A DNA stretch of 64,000 nucleotides. Source: Methanobacteriota archaeon (GTDB taxonomy: Archaea > Thermoplasmatota > E2 > DHVEG-1). A program made the translations under genes and the position numbers. The stretch is taken from positions 192,001 to 256,000 of the forward strand of contig CAVYNH010000004.1 of the NCBI GenBank assembly GCA_963769885.1, read 5' to 3'. The notes beneath the pieces were generated by a model. That model saw only the letters and a list, made by a program, of their open reading frames with translations, did not search any database and had not been told where the DNA came from. Shown piece by piece: positions 21,675-32,000 of this stretch. Position 1 is the first letter of the stretch, and the number at the start of each line of letters is the position of its first letter.

Positions 21675-21968
21675 CTAATAATGGTACGTTGACATCAATA
21701 TGACGTTGACCAGGAGCAGGATCACCCCGAAGATTAGGAGGAGCACCTTGGTGTCCCGGTCGATTTTCTCCACGAACACTGAGCCGAGGATCATGGAGAG
21801 GCAGACGATGCCCATCCCCGACAGCTTCACGACTTCTGATACCTGCGCCGGGACCTGATACGATGTCGTACTCGGACCCAGCACGATGTTCGAGACCATC
21901 CCCAGGAAGAACAGGATGATGCCGCCCACGAGTCCGAGCGTGAACAGGTTATATTTATCCATCCGCAT
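21675..21968 (-). CDS. 3-TM membrane protein, paralog of the N-terminal part of 21225..21659
   Basis: Shared GI(I/V)L.F.G, VP..VS..VKL, IDR..(K/R).L pattern. Confidence 0.78.
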   Translation of the reverse strand: MRMDKYNLFTLGLVGGIILFFLGMVSNIVLGPSTTSYQVPAQVSEVVKLSGMGIVCLSMILGSVFVEKIDRDTKVLLLIFGVILLLVNVILMSTYHY

Positions 21969-22176
21969 AGTCCAACATCCTCACCTAAATCATAACGCTG
22001 GATGCTTAAAGAAGGTTTCTCAGATAAAATTTTGATTAATCACTCCCCAGACACACCATCTCAGGAAGAGTTAAACACAAATAGTTCCTCATCATTACCA
22101 AACACCAAACCTGTATCCGCTCCTATGCATCTCTCTTGGGGGATAGGGACCATAGCACCACATGGAACAATCAACT

Positions 22177-23175
22177 ATGAGCGCACCACACCCAAAACCA
22201 GCCTCTTCTAAACCCACCGTCGCCCTCTACTGGGCGGCCAGCTGCGGCGGCTGCGAAATCGCCATGCTCGACCTCGACGAAAAAATCCTCGACGTCGTCA
22301 ACGCCGTCGACCTCATCTTCTGGCCCGTCGCCCTCGACACCAAATACAAAGAAATCGAGGCCATGCCGGACCACAGCATCGACGTGTGCCTCTTCAACGG
22401 CGCCATCCGCACCACGGAAAACGAACACATGGCAAAACTCCTGCGCAAAAAAGCCAAAATCCTCATCGCCTTCGGCGCCTGCGCAGTCTCTGGCGGCATC
22501 CCCGGCCTCTCCAACCTCACCACCAAAAAGGACACCCTCACCACTGCCTACCTCGACAACCCCAGCACCCCCAACCCCACCAAGACACTCCCACAACCCC
22601 ATACGAAAGCCAAAGAAGGCGACCTCACCATCCCAGACCTCTACGAAACAGTCAAAACCCTTGACCAAACCGTCCCCGTCGACTACTACCTCCCCGGCTG
22701 CCCCCCACCCACTGACCTCATCCTCAACGCCCTCACCGCCATCACCACTAACACACTCCCAGAAAAAGGAACCGTCCTCGCCCCCTTGAAATCCGTCTGC
22801 GATGAATGCCGCTTCAAAAAAACCGATAAGAAAATGACCACCATCACCAGAATCCAAGACCTCGACCACACCCCCGACTCCTGCCTCCTCGACCACGGCC
22901 TCATCTGCCTCGGACCCGCCACCCGCGGCGGCTGCAAAGGACGCTGCATCGACGCCAACGCCCCCTGCACCGGCTGCGGCGGACTCCTCCCCAACAGCCT
23001 CGACCAGGGCGCCGCCATGATCACCGCCCTCGCCAGCCTCCTCGGAATCGAGACGGAAGACAAAACCACAGACCACGACCTCGACATCCTCCTCGCCAAG
23101 ATCCAGGACCTCGCCGGCACCTTCTACAAATACACCCTCCCAGCCTCCCTCATCAACAAGCGGAGGACCCCATGA
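22177..23175 (+). CDS. mvhG: F420-non-reducing [NiFe] hydrogenase small subunit
   Basis: SCGGC, FGACA..GGIPGL, PGCPP, VCDEC, CLGPATRGGC..C..CTGC; alternative start 22162. Confidence 0.92.
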   Translation: MSAPHPKPASSKPTVALYWAASCGGCEIAMLDLDEKILDVVNAVDLIFWPVALDTKYKEIEAMPDHSIDVCLFNGAIRTTENEHMAKLLRKKAKILIAFGACAVSGGIPGLSNLTTKKDTLTTAYLDNPSTPNPTKTLPQPHTKAKEGDLTIPDLYETVKTLDQTVPVDYYLPGCPPPTDLILNALTAITTNTLPEKGTVLAPLKSVCDECRFKKTDKKMTTITRIQDLDHTPDSCLLDHGLICLGPATRGGCKGRCIDANAPCTGCGGLLPNSLDQGAAMITALASLLGIETEDKTTDHDLDILLAKIQDLAGTFYKYTLPASLINKRRTP

Positions 23176-24635
23176 CCAAGACCATCACCATCGACCCCAT
23201 CACCCGACTCGAAGGACACGGCAAAATCACCATCTTCCTCAACCAAAACGGAGACGTCGACAACGCCTACCTCCAAATCCCCGAACTCCGCGGCTTCGAA
23301 CGCTTCACCCAAGGCCGCCGCGCCGAAGACATGCCCCAAATCACCTCAAGGATCTGCGGCGTCTGCCCCGTCGCCCACCACATGGCCGCCACCAAAGCCT
23401 TGGACGCCGCCTACCACGCCCACCCCCCACCCACCGCCCAAAAACTCAGAGAACTCCTCTACATGGGCTACCTCATCTACGACCACATCCTCCACTTCTA
23501 CTTCCTCGGCGGACCAGACTTCATCGTCGGCCCCGACGCACCACCCGCCAAACGCAACATCCTCGGCGTCATCGAAAAAGCAGGCCTCGACGTCGGCAAA
23601 GACGTCATCAAACACCGCGCCTACGGCCAACAGATCACCGCCATCCTCGGCGGCAAAGCCACCCACCCCGTCTGCGGCATCCCCGGCGGCGTCACCAAAG
23701 GACTCACCACCGAGGAACAACAACGAATCCGACCCATGATCGCCAGCTGCAAAACCTTCGCCCAGTTCACCCTCAAACTCTTCAACGACATCGTCCTCCA
23801 AAACAACGACTACCTCAGCCTCATCAAATCCGACGCCTACACCCTCAAGACCTACAACATGGGCCTCGTCGACCACCACAACCACGTCGCCTTCTACGAC
23901 GGCACCATCCGCGTCACCGACCCCACCGGTAAAGAATATCTCACCTTTCAACCCCAAGACTACGCAAATCACATCGCCGAACACGTCGAACCCTGGAGCT
24001 ACATGAAATTCCCATACCTCAAAACACTCGGCTGGCACGGCCTCACCGACGGCAAAGACAACGGCATCTACCGCGTCGGACCCCTCGGCAGACTCAACGC
24101 CGCCGACGGCATGGCCACCCCCCACGCCAACAAAGAATACCAACGCCTCATGGAAACCCTCGGCAAACCCGTTCACTCAACGCTGGCCTTCCACTGGGCG
24201 CGACTCATCGAACTCCTCTACGCCACCGAACGCGCCCAAGAACTCATCGACAACCCCCACATCACCTCCACCCAGATCCGCGTCCCCGTCGGCACACCCA
24301 CCGAAGGCGTCGGCGTCGTCGAAGCCGCCCGCGGCACCCTCATCCACCACTACCAACTCACCCCCGACGGTCTCATCAAGAAAGCCAACCTCATCGTCGC
24401 CACCACAAACAACGCAGGCGCCATCACCATGTCCGTCCGCGACGCCGCCAAAGCCGTCATCCACAACGGCACCGTCAACGACGGCCTCCTTAACCGTATC
24501 GAGATGGCCTTCCGTGCCTACGACCCCTGCTTCGGCTGCGCCACTCACACGCTGCCCGGCGGCATGCCGCTCGCCGTGGACATCTACGACGCCCGTAAAC
24601 GCCTTGTTCACTCCCTCTCGCAGAACCTCTCCTAA
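23172..24635 (+). CDS. mvhA: F420-non-reducing [NiFe] hydrogenase large subunit (group 3c)
   Basis: PITRLEGH, L1 RICGVC, EAARGTLIHHY, L2 RAYDPCFGCATH plus cleavable tail. Confidence 0.95.
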   Translation: MTKTITIDPITRLEGHGKITIFLNQNGDVDNAYLQIPELRGFERFTQGRRAEDMPQITSRICGVCPVAHHMAATKALDAAYHAHPPPTAQKLRELLYMGYLIYDHILHFYFLGGPDFIVGPDAPPAKRNILGVIEKAGLDVGKDVIKHRAYGQQITAILGGKATHPVCGIPGGVTKGLTTEEQQRIRPMIASCKTFAQFTLKLFNDIVLQNNDYLSLIKSDAYTLKTYNMGLVDHHNHVAFYDGTIRVTDPTGKEYLTFQPQDYANHIAEHVEPWSYMKFPYLKTLGWHGLTDGKDNGIYRVGPLGRLNAADGMATPHANKEYQRLMETLGKPVHSTLAFHWARLIELLYATERAQELIDNPHITSTQIRVPVGTPTEGVGVVEAARGTLIHHYQLTPDGLIKKANLIVATTNNAGAITMSVRDAAKAVIHNGTVNDGLLNRIEMAFRAYDPCFGCATHTLPGGMPLAVDIYDARKRLVHSLSQNLS

Positions 24636-24644
24636 GGAAAGATC

Positions 24645-25115
24645 ATGAAGATCCTCATCCTCGGCATCGGCAATCCTATCCTGCAGAACGACAGCGTCGG
24701 CCTGCGCATCGCGGACGAACTCGAAACCATGATCAAGGACCCCGAGGTCAGAGTCGACACGGTCTACACCGGCGGTTTGAACCTCTTGGACTGCATCCGT
24801 GGCTTCGACAAAGTCATCCTCATCGATGCCGTCAATGATACCAAGGAGATCGGGACGGTAAGCCGGTATCAACTCCATGAGCTTCCCCCAGGGCATTCCT
24901 GTAACCTGCACGACTGCTCCCTGCTGGAGGCCGTGCAGTTAGCCAAGGCGCTCGGCGATACGAATATCCCTCAGGACATCGTTATCATTGGGGTCTCGGT
25001 GCCCCCAGCTGTTGAATTCGGTGAGAACCTCAGCCCCATGGTTGAACAGGCCATCCCGAAGGTTTTGACTAGTGTCCTGACTGAGCTCGACCAAAAAACG
25101 AGGAGAAGGGCATGA
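24645..25115 (+). CDS. Hydrogenase maturation protease
   Basis: [22 protein letters not shown]. Confidence 0.9.
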   Translation: MKILILGIGNPILQNDSVGLRIADELETMIKDPEVRVDTVYTGGLNLLDCIRGFDKVILIDAVNDTKEIGTVSRYQLHELPPGHSCNLHDCSLLEAVQLAKALGDTNIPQDIVIIGVSVPPAVEFGENLSPMVEQAIPKVLTSVLTELDQKTRRRA

Positions 25116-25534
25116 CGGAGAAAGAATTCGAGCCGAACATCATCGGGTTTCTCTGCAACTGGTGCAGCTACGCTGGTGCGGATTTGGCAGGCACGAGCCG
25201 GATGAAGTACCCGCCGAACCTCAAGGCGATCCGCGTGATGTGCTCGGGGCGGGTCGACCCCGCCTTCGTCCTTGAGGCGCTGTCCCGTGGCGCGGACGGC
25301 GTACTCATCGCGGGGTGCCATCCCGGAGACTGCCATTATCAATCTGGGAACTACAAGATGAACCGACGGATGCGGCTGCTGCGCAAGCTCGTCGAGGAAC
25401 TGGGCATCGAGCCGCAACGAATCCGTTTCGAGTACATCTCGGCCGCGGAGGGACAGAAGTTCGCCTCGGTCGTCACAGAGTTCGTCACCGAAATTAAGAA
25501 GCTTGGCCCGATGACACCCGCAAAACCCGAGTAA
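25112..25534 (+). CDS. mvhD: Hydrogenase [2Fe-2S] subunit
   Basis: [31 protein letters not shown]. Confidence 0.96.
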   Translation: MTEKEFEPNIIGFLCNWCSYAGADLAGTSRMKYPPNLKAIRVMCSGRVDPAFVLEALSRGADGVLIAGCHPGDCHYQSGNYKMNRRMRLLRKLVEELGIEPQRIRFEYISAAEGQKFASVVTEFVTEIKKLGPMTPAKPE

Positions 25535-25540
25535 TTCTTT

Positions 25541-27583
25541 TCAGCTGGGATTGCCGCCGGCATAGTCAACCGGGGCGACGAGGGGTTTTTTCGTCCCATA
25601 ATACAGCACCTGTTCTGCTTTGCTGCCGTAGCGGTACACGGTGACGCCCTTACAACCGAGCTCCCAGGCCTTCATGTAAATTGCCCGGATATCACCGACG
25701 GTCGCATCATGGGGGAGGTTGACAGTCTTGCTGACGGCGTTGTCGACATGGCGCTGGAAAACAGCCTGCATCTGGAGATGGGATTCTGGGGATATATCCG
25801 CTGCCGTGACGAAGATCTTCTTAAGGTCCAGGGGAAGGGGGAGGTTTTTGACTGATTTCGTTTTTGCGAGTTTATCGATGAGGTCGTTTGTGTAGAGTCC
25901 GCGTTTGAGGAGGGCGAGTTTGAGGGGTTCGCTGACCTCCTGGAGGAGTTTGCCTTCCATGACGCGGCGGTAGAAGACCAGGGCGAAGACAGGTTCGATG
26001 CCAGAGGAGCAGCCAGCGATGATGCTGATGGTGCCGGTGGGGGCGATAGTAAGGTGGGTGGCATTGCGCATAGCTGGATAGCGTGTGGCCCAGGTGCTGT
26101 CTTGGAAGGCAGGGAAGGAGCCGCGCTGCTGACCGAGTTCGACTGATTTTTTGATGGCTTCTTTTTGGATGAAGCGGATGAGACGGTCAGCAATCCTGAG
26201 CCCTTCGTCGCCGTCGTACGGAATCTGGAGGGTGTAGAGGAGTTCGGCGAGGCCCATGACGCCGAGGCCAATCTTGCGGTGCTCTTTGACTATCTTTTCC
26301 GTTTCGGGTAGTGGGTATTTGTTAGCGTCGATGACGTCGTCGAGGAATTGGACGGTGAGGCGGACGGTGAGGCGGAGTTTGTCCCAGTCGATTTTTCTCT
26401 TGGGTGTGATCATTTTCATGAGGTTGATGCTGCCGAGATTGCAGGATTCGTAGGGGAGGAGAGGGACTTCACCGCAGGGGTTCGTAGCTTCGATGTTTCC
26501 GATTTTTTTGAGGGTGTGGCGGCGGTTGATCTCGTCGATGAAGAGGAGGCCGGGGTCGCCGGTCTCCCAGGCGCTTTGGGCGATGAGTGAGAAGAGGTCG
26601 GCGGCTGGGATTTTCTTGATGATTCTATTGGTTTTAGGACTGCGGAGGCTGAGGGGCTCGTTCTTTCTGATTTTCTTCATGAAGGCGTCGGTGGCGGCGA
26701 CGCTGATGTTGAAGTTGGTGAGGCGTCGGCCGGTTTTGGAGGTGGTGAAGTCTTCGATGTCGGGGTGGGTACAGTGGAGGATGCCGATGTTGGCGCCGCG
26801 TCGTTTGCCGCCTTGTTTGATGACGTCGGTGGTCTGGTCGTAGATGTTCATGAAGCTGACGGGGCCGCTGGCGACGCCGCTGGTGCTGCGGACGACCGCG
26901 CCTTTCTCGCGGAGGCGACTGAAGCTGAAGCCGGTGCCGCCGCCAGATTGTTGGATGAGGGCCATGTGTTTGAGGGTGGTGAAGATGCTTTGGAGGCTGT
27001 CTTCTATTGGGAGGACGAAGCAGGCGGCGAGCTGGCCGAGGGGGGTGCCGGCGTTCATGAGGGTGGGGCTGTTGGGGAGGAACTCGAGGTTGGCCATCAT
27101 GTGGTAGAAGGCGTCTGCGGTCTCCTGGATGTTGCCGCCGTACTGTTTCTCGGGTGTGGCGATGGCGTCGGCGACGCGGTGGAAGAGCTGGGTTGGTGTC
27201 TCGGTGATGTGGCCGGTTTCGTCGCGTTGGAGGTAGCGTTCTTCGAGGACTTTGAGGGCGTTGGCGCTGAGTTTGAGGTCGTCTTTGATGTGGAAGTAGG
27301 TTTTAATCTGGCGGGCGGGGCCGCGGCTGCGGCGGTAGAGGCTGTAGGCCATGAAGAGGCGTTTGTCGTAGGCTTCGAGGGCGTCTTCGACGTGGTCTTG
27401 GATGGTCTCGATGTCCGTGACGTCTGTCGGTGGGAGGCTGCGGGTGACTTGGGCGGCGAGGCGGGCGGCGGCGGGGTCGTCGTGGATGTCGATGGCGGCC
27501 ATGGCCTTGCGGATGGCGGCAGCGATCTTGTCTTGGGTGAAGGGGACGAGTTCGCCGGTGCGTTTCCTCACCTGGGTCGGCAT
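25541..27583 (-). CDS. nrdJ: Class II (AdoCbl) ribonucleotide reductase with ATP-cone
   Basis: VRKRTG cone, PNSPTLMNAG, ACFV, TNPCGE, ESCNLGS, IAPTGT, CKGVTVYR; no beta subunit adjacent. Confidence 0.9.
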   Translation of the reverse strand: MPTQVRKRTGELVPFTQDKIAAAIRKAMAAIDIHDDPAAARLAAQVTRSLPPTDVTDIETIQDHVEDALEAYDKRLFMAYSLYRRSRGPARQIKTYFHIKDDLKLSANALKVLEERYLQRDETGHITETPTQLFHRVADAIATPEKQYGGNIQETADAFYHMMANLEFLPNSPTLMNAGTPLGQLAACFVLPIEDSLQSIFTTLKHMALIQQSGGGTGFSFSRLREKGAVVRSTSGVASGPVSFMNIYDQTTDVIKQGGKRRGANIGILHCTHPDIEDFTTSKTGRRLTNFNISVAATDAFMKKIRKNEPLSLRSPKTNRIIKKIPAADLFSLIAQSAWETGDPGLLFIDEINRRHTLKKIGNIEATNPCGEVPLLPYESCNLGSINLMKMITPKRKIDWDKLRLTVRLTVQFLDDVIDANKYPLPETEKIVKEHRKIGLGVMGLAELLYTLQIPYDGDEGLRIADRLIRFIQKEAIKKSVELGQQRGSFPAFQDSTWATRYPAMRNATHLTIAPTGTISIIAGCSSGIEPVFALVFYRRVMEGKLLQEVSEPLKLALLKRGLYTNDLIDKLAKTKSVKNLPLPLDLKKIFVTAADISPESHLQMQAVFQRHVDNAVSKTVNLPHDATVGDIRAIYMKAWELGCKGVTVYRYGSKAEQVLYYGTKKPLVAPVDYAGGNPS

Positions 27584-27671
27584 GGTGATTCATATCATGG
27601 TGTTGTTATTAAAACAATGTCCTCAGGAGAGGGGTGGATTACAGAAAAACCATGCGGGATGGGGGGACGGC

Positions 27672-27872
27672 TTAGGCGTTCTTCATGTCTTCGTCGATGA
27701 GCCGGTCCAGATCCTTGTCCACGCCCTGCTTGCGGGCGATGTTCTGCAGCTCCGCGATGACGTTCTCCCAGAGGACCTGCTGGGCGAGGGCGTAGTCCCA
27801 CATGTCCAGGCGCGTGGGCCCGTCCGCATTCTTGAACTCCTCGATAAACTCTTTCTTATCGTTGTCGTCCAT
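27672..27872 (-). CDS. Hypothetical 66-aa helical protein
   Basis: MDDNDKKEFIEEFKNAD..LDMWDYAL.Q..LWE; paralog of neighbour. Confidence 0.8.
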   Translation of the reverse strand: MDDNDKKEFIEEFKNADGPTRLDMWDYALAQQVLWENVIAELQNIARKQGVDKDLDRLIDEDMKNA

Positions 27873-27877
27873 ACTCG

Positions 27878-28054
27878 CTATTCTTCCGTTATGCGTGCCT
27901 TGGGGTTCGCCGTCTGCGCGATCGTCGACATCTCGGCCAGGAGCTCCTCCCAGATGGCCTCCTGCTCGACCGCGTAGTACCACAGGTCCAACTTCTTGGT
28001 GATGTCCGCCTTCGTGAAGTCGCTGAGGAAGGCCTTCATTTCGTCCTCATTCAT
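27878..28054 (-). CDS. Hypothetical 58-aa helical protein
   Basis: MNEDEMKAFLSDFTKAD..LDLWYYAV.Q..IWE; paralog of neighbour. Confidence 0.8.
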   Translation of the reverse strand: MNEDEMKAFLSDFTKADITKKLDLWYYAVEQEAIWEELLAEMSTIAQTANPKARITEE

Positions 28055-28200
28055 GGCTGATCCGAATCCCGTACCGGCGTTTCCGTTTGCGTTTCGATAG
28101 AATACCTCACAAGTATATAAGCCCAACGTGTTCGCCGCCCCCTGCTTCCCTGGAGAAAACCAATGGGTTAATAAGACTATAGGATGTTGGCGCTGGCCGC

Positions 28201-28863
28201 ATGATTTCTGTCGTGTCCTTCGACCTTGACGGCACCCTGACCACGTCGTCGTTCGCAGACGCCGTCTGGCTCGACGGCCTGCCCCGGCTCTACGCACAAA
28301 CCACCGGCAAAGACCTCGCCGCTGCGAAGCAGGAGCTGTTCGCGGAGTACGACCGGATCGGCGACCAGCGCCTCGAGTGGTACGACCCCGCCTACTGGTT
28401 CGACCGCTTCCACCTCCCCGGCGACTGGCGCACCATGCTTTATCAGAACCGTTCTCATATCGCCTGCTATCCGGACGTACCCGTGGTCCTCCCCCGCCTC
28501 GCCACACACTACACGCTCATCGTCAGCTCCAACGCGAAACGCGAGTTCATCGACATCGAACTCCAAGAGCTCCACCTCCGCGACTGCTTCACCCACATCT
28601 TCTCCTCCACCTCTGATTTCCATACCGTCAAGAAGGTCACGGAGTTCTACGCTATGATCTGCCAACGACTCAATGTCACACCCTCGCAGATTGTCCACGT
28701 CGGCGATTCCAAACGTTTCGATTACGACGCCCCGCTGGCGGCGGGGATCTCCGCCTATTTCCTGGACCGCACCAGTAAAGAACATGGACCTTTCGTGGTT
28801 CATACGCTTCTTGAATTCGAAGACAAACTAATAAAAAATGAAACGGGGGTTTTGCCCCTATGA
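28201..28863 (+). CDS. HAD-superfamily hydrolase
   Basis: FDLDGTL, SSN, K, HVGDS..FD. Confidence 0.9.
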   Translation: MISVVSFDLDGTLTTSSFADAVWLDGLPRLYAQTTGKDLAAAKQELFAEYDRIGDQRLEWYDPAYWFDRFHLPGDWRTMLYQNRSHIACYPDVPVVLPRLATHYTLIVSSNAKREFIDIELQELHLRDCFTHIFSSTSDFHTVKKVTEFYAMICQRLNVTPSQIVHVGDSKRFDYDAPLAAGISAYFLDRTSKEHGPFVVHTLLEFEDKLIKNETGVLPL

Positions 28864-29068
28864 CCCCGTTCAGCCTTCGTTCCTCAACGATTTATGAAAA
28901 ATTTGATATAGAGTCACAATGACCTGAGTCAAAGCGAAATGGAAGGGGATTAGAATTGTGATATAGAGGGAGAAACATTCTTATGATAGAGTATTATAAT
29001 TTTTTTATTGAATTTCAGTTTCAGGGGGAGTATTTATTAGCGGGAAGAAAACCCAGGGTTCAAAACCA

Positions 29069-32000
29069 GTGTATCACCCGATTTTAAAAAAACAAAATGA
29101 AAAAGACCGGGAAACTGGAATCGATATTATCGAAGAAGTTCCATGGGGTACTCATTTATGTCAATTCTACCAGACTAAAGAGGACCTCCTCGACATTCTC
29201 GTCCCATATTTTGCGAAAGGATTGCAGAACAACGAGTTTTGCATGTGGATTACCTCGGAGCCGTTAAATGTTGATGAGGCAAAAAGAGCGTTAAAGAAAG
29301 CACTGAAGAACGCGGATGACTACTTGAAAAAAGGACAGATTGAGATTCTTGATTCGACCGAGTGGTACACAAAATCTGGTAAATTCAATGCGGATGAGGT
29401 GTTAGCAGCATGGATAAAAAAGGAGGCGTTGGCACGGAAAAAAGGGTTTTATGGCCTGCGACTCTCTGGAAATACATTCTGGCTTGAGAAAAAAGATTGG
29501 CAGGATTTTACGAAGTACGAAGAAGCCATCAACCAGGTTATCGGAAATTATCATATGATTGCCATTTGTTCGTATTCACTTGATAAATGTAATGCATCAG
29601 AGATTATCGATGTGGTGAGCAATCATCAATTTGCTTTGATTAAGCGAGAAGGCACCTGGCATCGAATTGAAAGTCCCGAAATCAAGAAATCCGAAGACGA
29701 ACGAATGCGTCTGATGCAAATGATTAACCAGGTTCAGGATGGGATAATCGTTACTGATTCCGACTACCGCATTACCTATTGGAACAAAGGCATGGAACAA
29801 ATTTTTGGATATCGTCAACCCGAAGCATTAGGGAAAATCCCGCTAGAAATATTACGGCCAACCTATGCCCCAGGCGAACGTGAAAAAATCCTTGATGAAA
29901 TGAATCGGCTTAGTACCTCCAAAAATATAATCCATACTAAGCATCGCAATGGAACTGATATTTTTGTTGAGATGCATGCGAAACGTCTAGCAGATAAATT
30001 TGATAATACTTCTGGGTATGTCGTCACATATCGGGATGTAACTGAACGAAAAAAAATTGAAGACGCATTTGCCAAGCAACATGAGGAGCTCCAGACTATT
30101 TTTGACACAGTGCCAGCGTTGATTTTTTATAAAGATAAACAAAATCGGCTCATTCGGACGAATAAAGCATTTGAAAATGCTATGGGTCTACCAAGGGAAA
30201 CGCTCGAGGGAAAATCGTGTTTTGATTTATATCCACGAGAACAAGCCGAGAAGTATTGGAAAGACGACAAACAAGTGATGAAGACCCGTAAAGCAAAATA
30301 CGGCATCATAGAATCAATGGACACTCCAAGCGGTACATTGACATATCTAACAGATAAAATCCCGTATATTGATGAGCAAGGTAACCTCGCAGGGGTCATT
30401 GGCTTCAGCGTTGATATCACTGAGCGGAAGCGGACGGAAACCGAACTGCGGCGCATCGAGTGGCTGTTGACCAAGCATCTTCATTCAACAACCCAACAAG
30501 ACCAGCAGCGTTTAATTATCAGTAATCAACCCTATGGTGATCTCACCAGAATTAATCAATCTAGACTCATTCGTGACTCCGTTGGAAAAGACATTTTAGT
30601 CAATATCGTTGAGGATTACCTTAGCCTCCTCGATACTTCAGCTGCGGTGTATGAGAAAAACGGCGACTATGCGCTAGGCATCTTTACTTCAGGCTGGTGT
30701 CGATTCATGGACCTCGCATCTCGCCGACTCTGTAAAACCACTAATAATTCCAAGGCACTCGCCTCGGGGAAATGGCTCTGCCATGAATCATGCTGGACGA
30801 AAGCTTCCAAGAAATCCATAAAGACGGGGCAGCCTGTTGACATAGTGTGCGACGGTGGTATCCATCTCTTCGCCGTACCAATTCGTGCGGGTGGGGAAAT
30901 CGTTGGTTCTATCAACTTTGGATATGGAAATCCACCTCGAGATCCAAACGAACTTCATGAATTGGCTGTTAAGTACGGCGTGGATTTTGAGGAGTTACGA
31001 AAGAATGCCGAAGCATATGAGGTTCGCCCCCCCTACATCATCGAACTCGCAAAACAACGACTCCAATCATCAGCACAACTAATTGGTGAAATCGTTGAAC
31101 GTAAAAAGGCTGAAGAAGCATTCCTACGAGCAAAAACGGAATGGGAACTGACGTTTAACAGCGTACCTGATCTCATCGCGATACTGGACAAACAATATAA
31201 AATTGTCCGCGTCAATAAAGCCATGGCACAGCGGCTGGGCAGACCCTCGGAACAGTGTAATGGTTTGACGTGTTATTCATGTGTTCATGGGGCGAACAGG
31301 CCACCTTCTGCCTGTCCGCATAGATTAACATTAAGGGATCGGAAGGAACACACGGCGGAGGTCCATGAGGATAAACTTGGTGGTGATTTCCTAGTCACTA
31401 CGACGCCACTCTTTAACGATGAAGGTGAAATGATCGGGAACGTACATGTCGCCCGTGATATCACTGAGCGTAAACACGCCGAAGAGATTCGGATGGAAAG
31501 CGAAAATCGATTGAACAGAGCGCAAGAATTATCGCATCTTGGCAGTTGGGAGCTCAATCTCATCACTAACCAACTCACGTGGTCCGATGAGGTCTATCGG
31601 ATTTTTGGTATGCAACCGCAAGAGTTTGATGCTACCTATGAGGCGTTCCTTCAATCAGTGCATCCAGATGATCGAGCTGCTGTTGATGCTGCGTATTCTG
31701 AATCCCTGCGTGAAGGACGAGATATCTATGAAATAGAACATCGAGTGGCCCGAAAAAACGGTGAAATCCGTGTCGTTTTTGAAAAATGTGAACATATCCG
31801 GAATAAATCCGGCAAAGTCATTCGATCGATGGGAATGGTGCAGGATATCACCGAACGCAAGCATGCGGAAGCAGAACTCACCCGACTTGCGTCGTTTCCA
31901 GAAAAAAATCCTAATCCCATCGTCGAAATTAATCTCACTGGAAAAATTCAGTACCTTAATCCAATATCAAAGAAAGTGTTCCCGGATTTAGAGACGAAAC

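Noticed and set aside
25400-25543. Selenocysteine readthrough of the nrdJ TGA
   Set aside because: Readthrough runs antisense into mvhD, no SECIS was seen, and the Mvh subunits use Cys
28940-29067. T-arm-like words at the island's left edge (GGAAGGGGATTAGAA, GGGTTCAAAACC)
   Set aside because: Short and degenerate, with no acceptor-strand match or partner at the right edge
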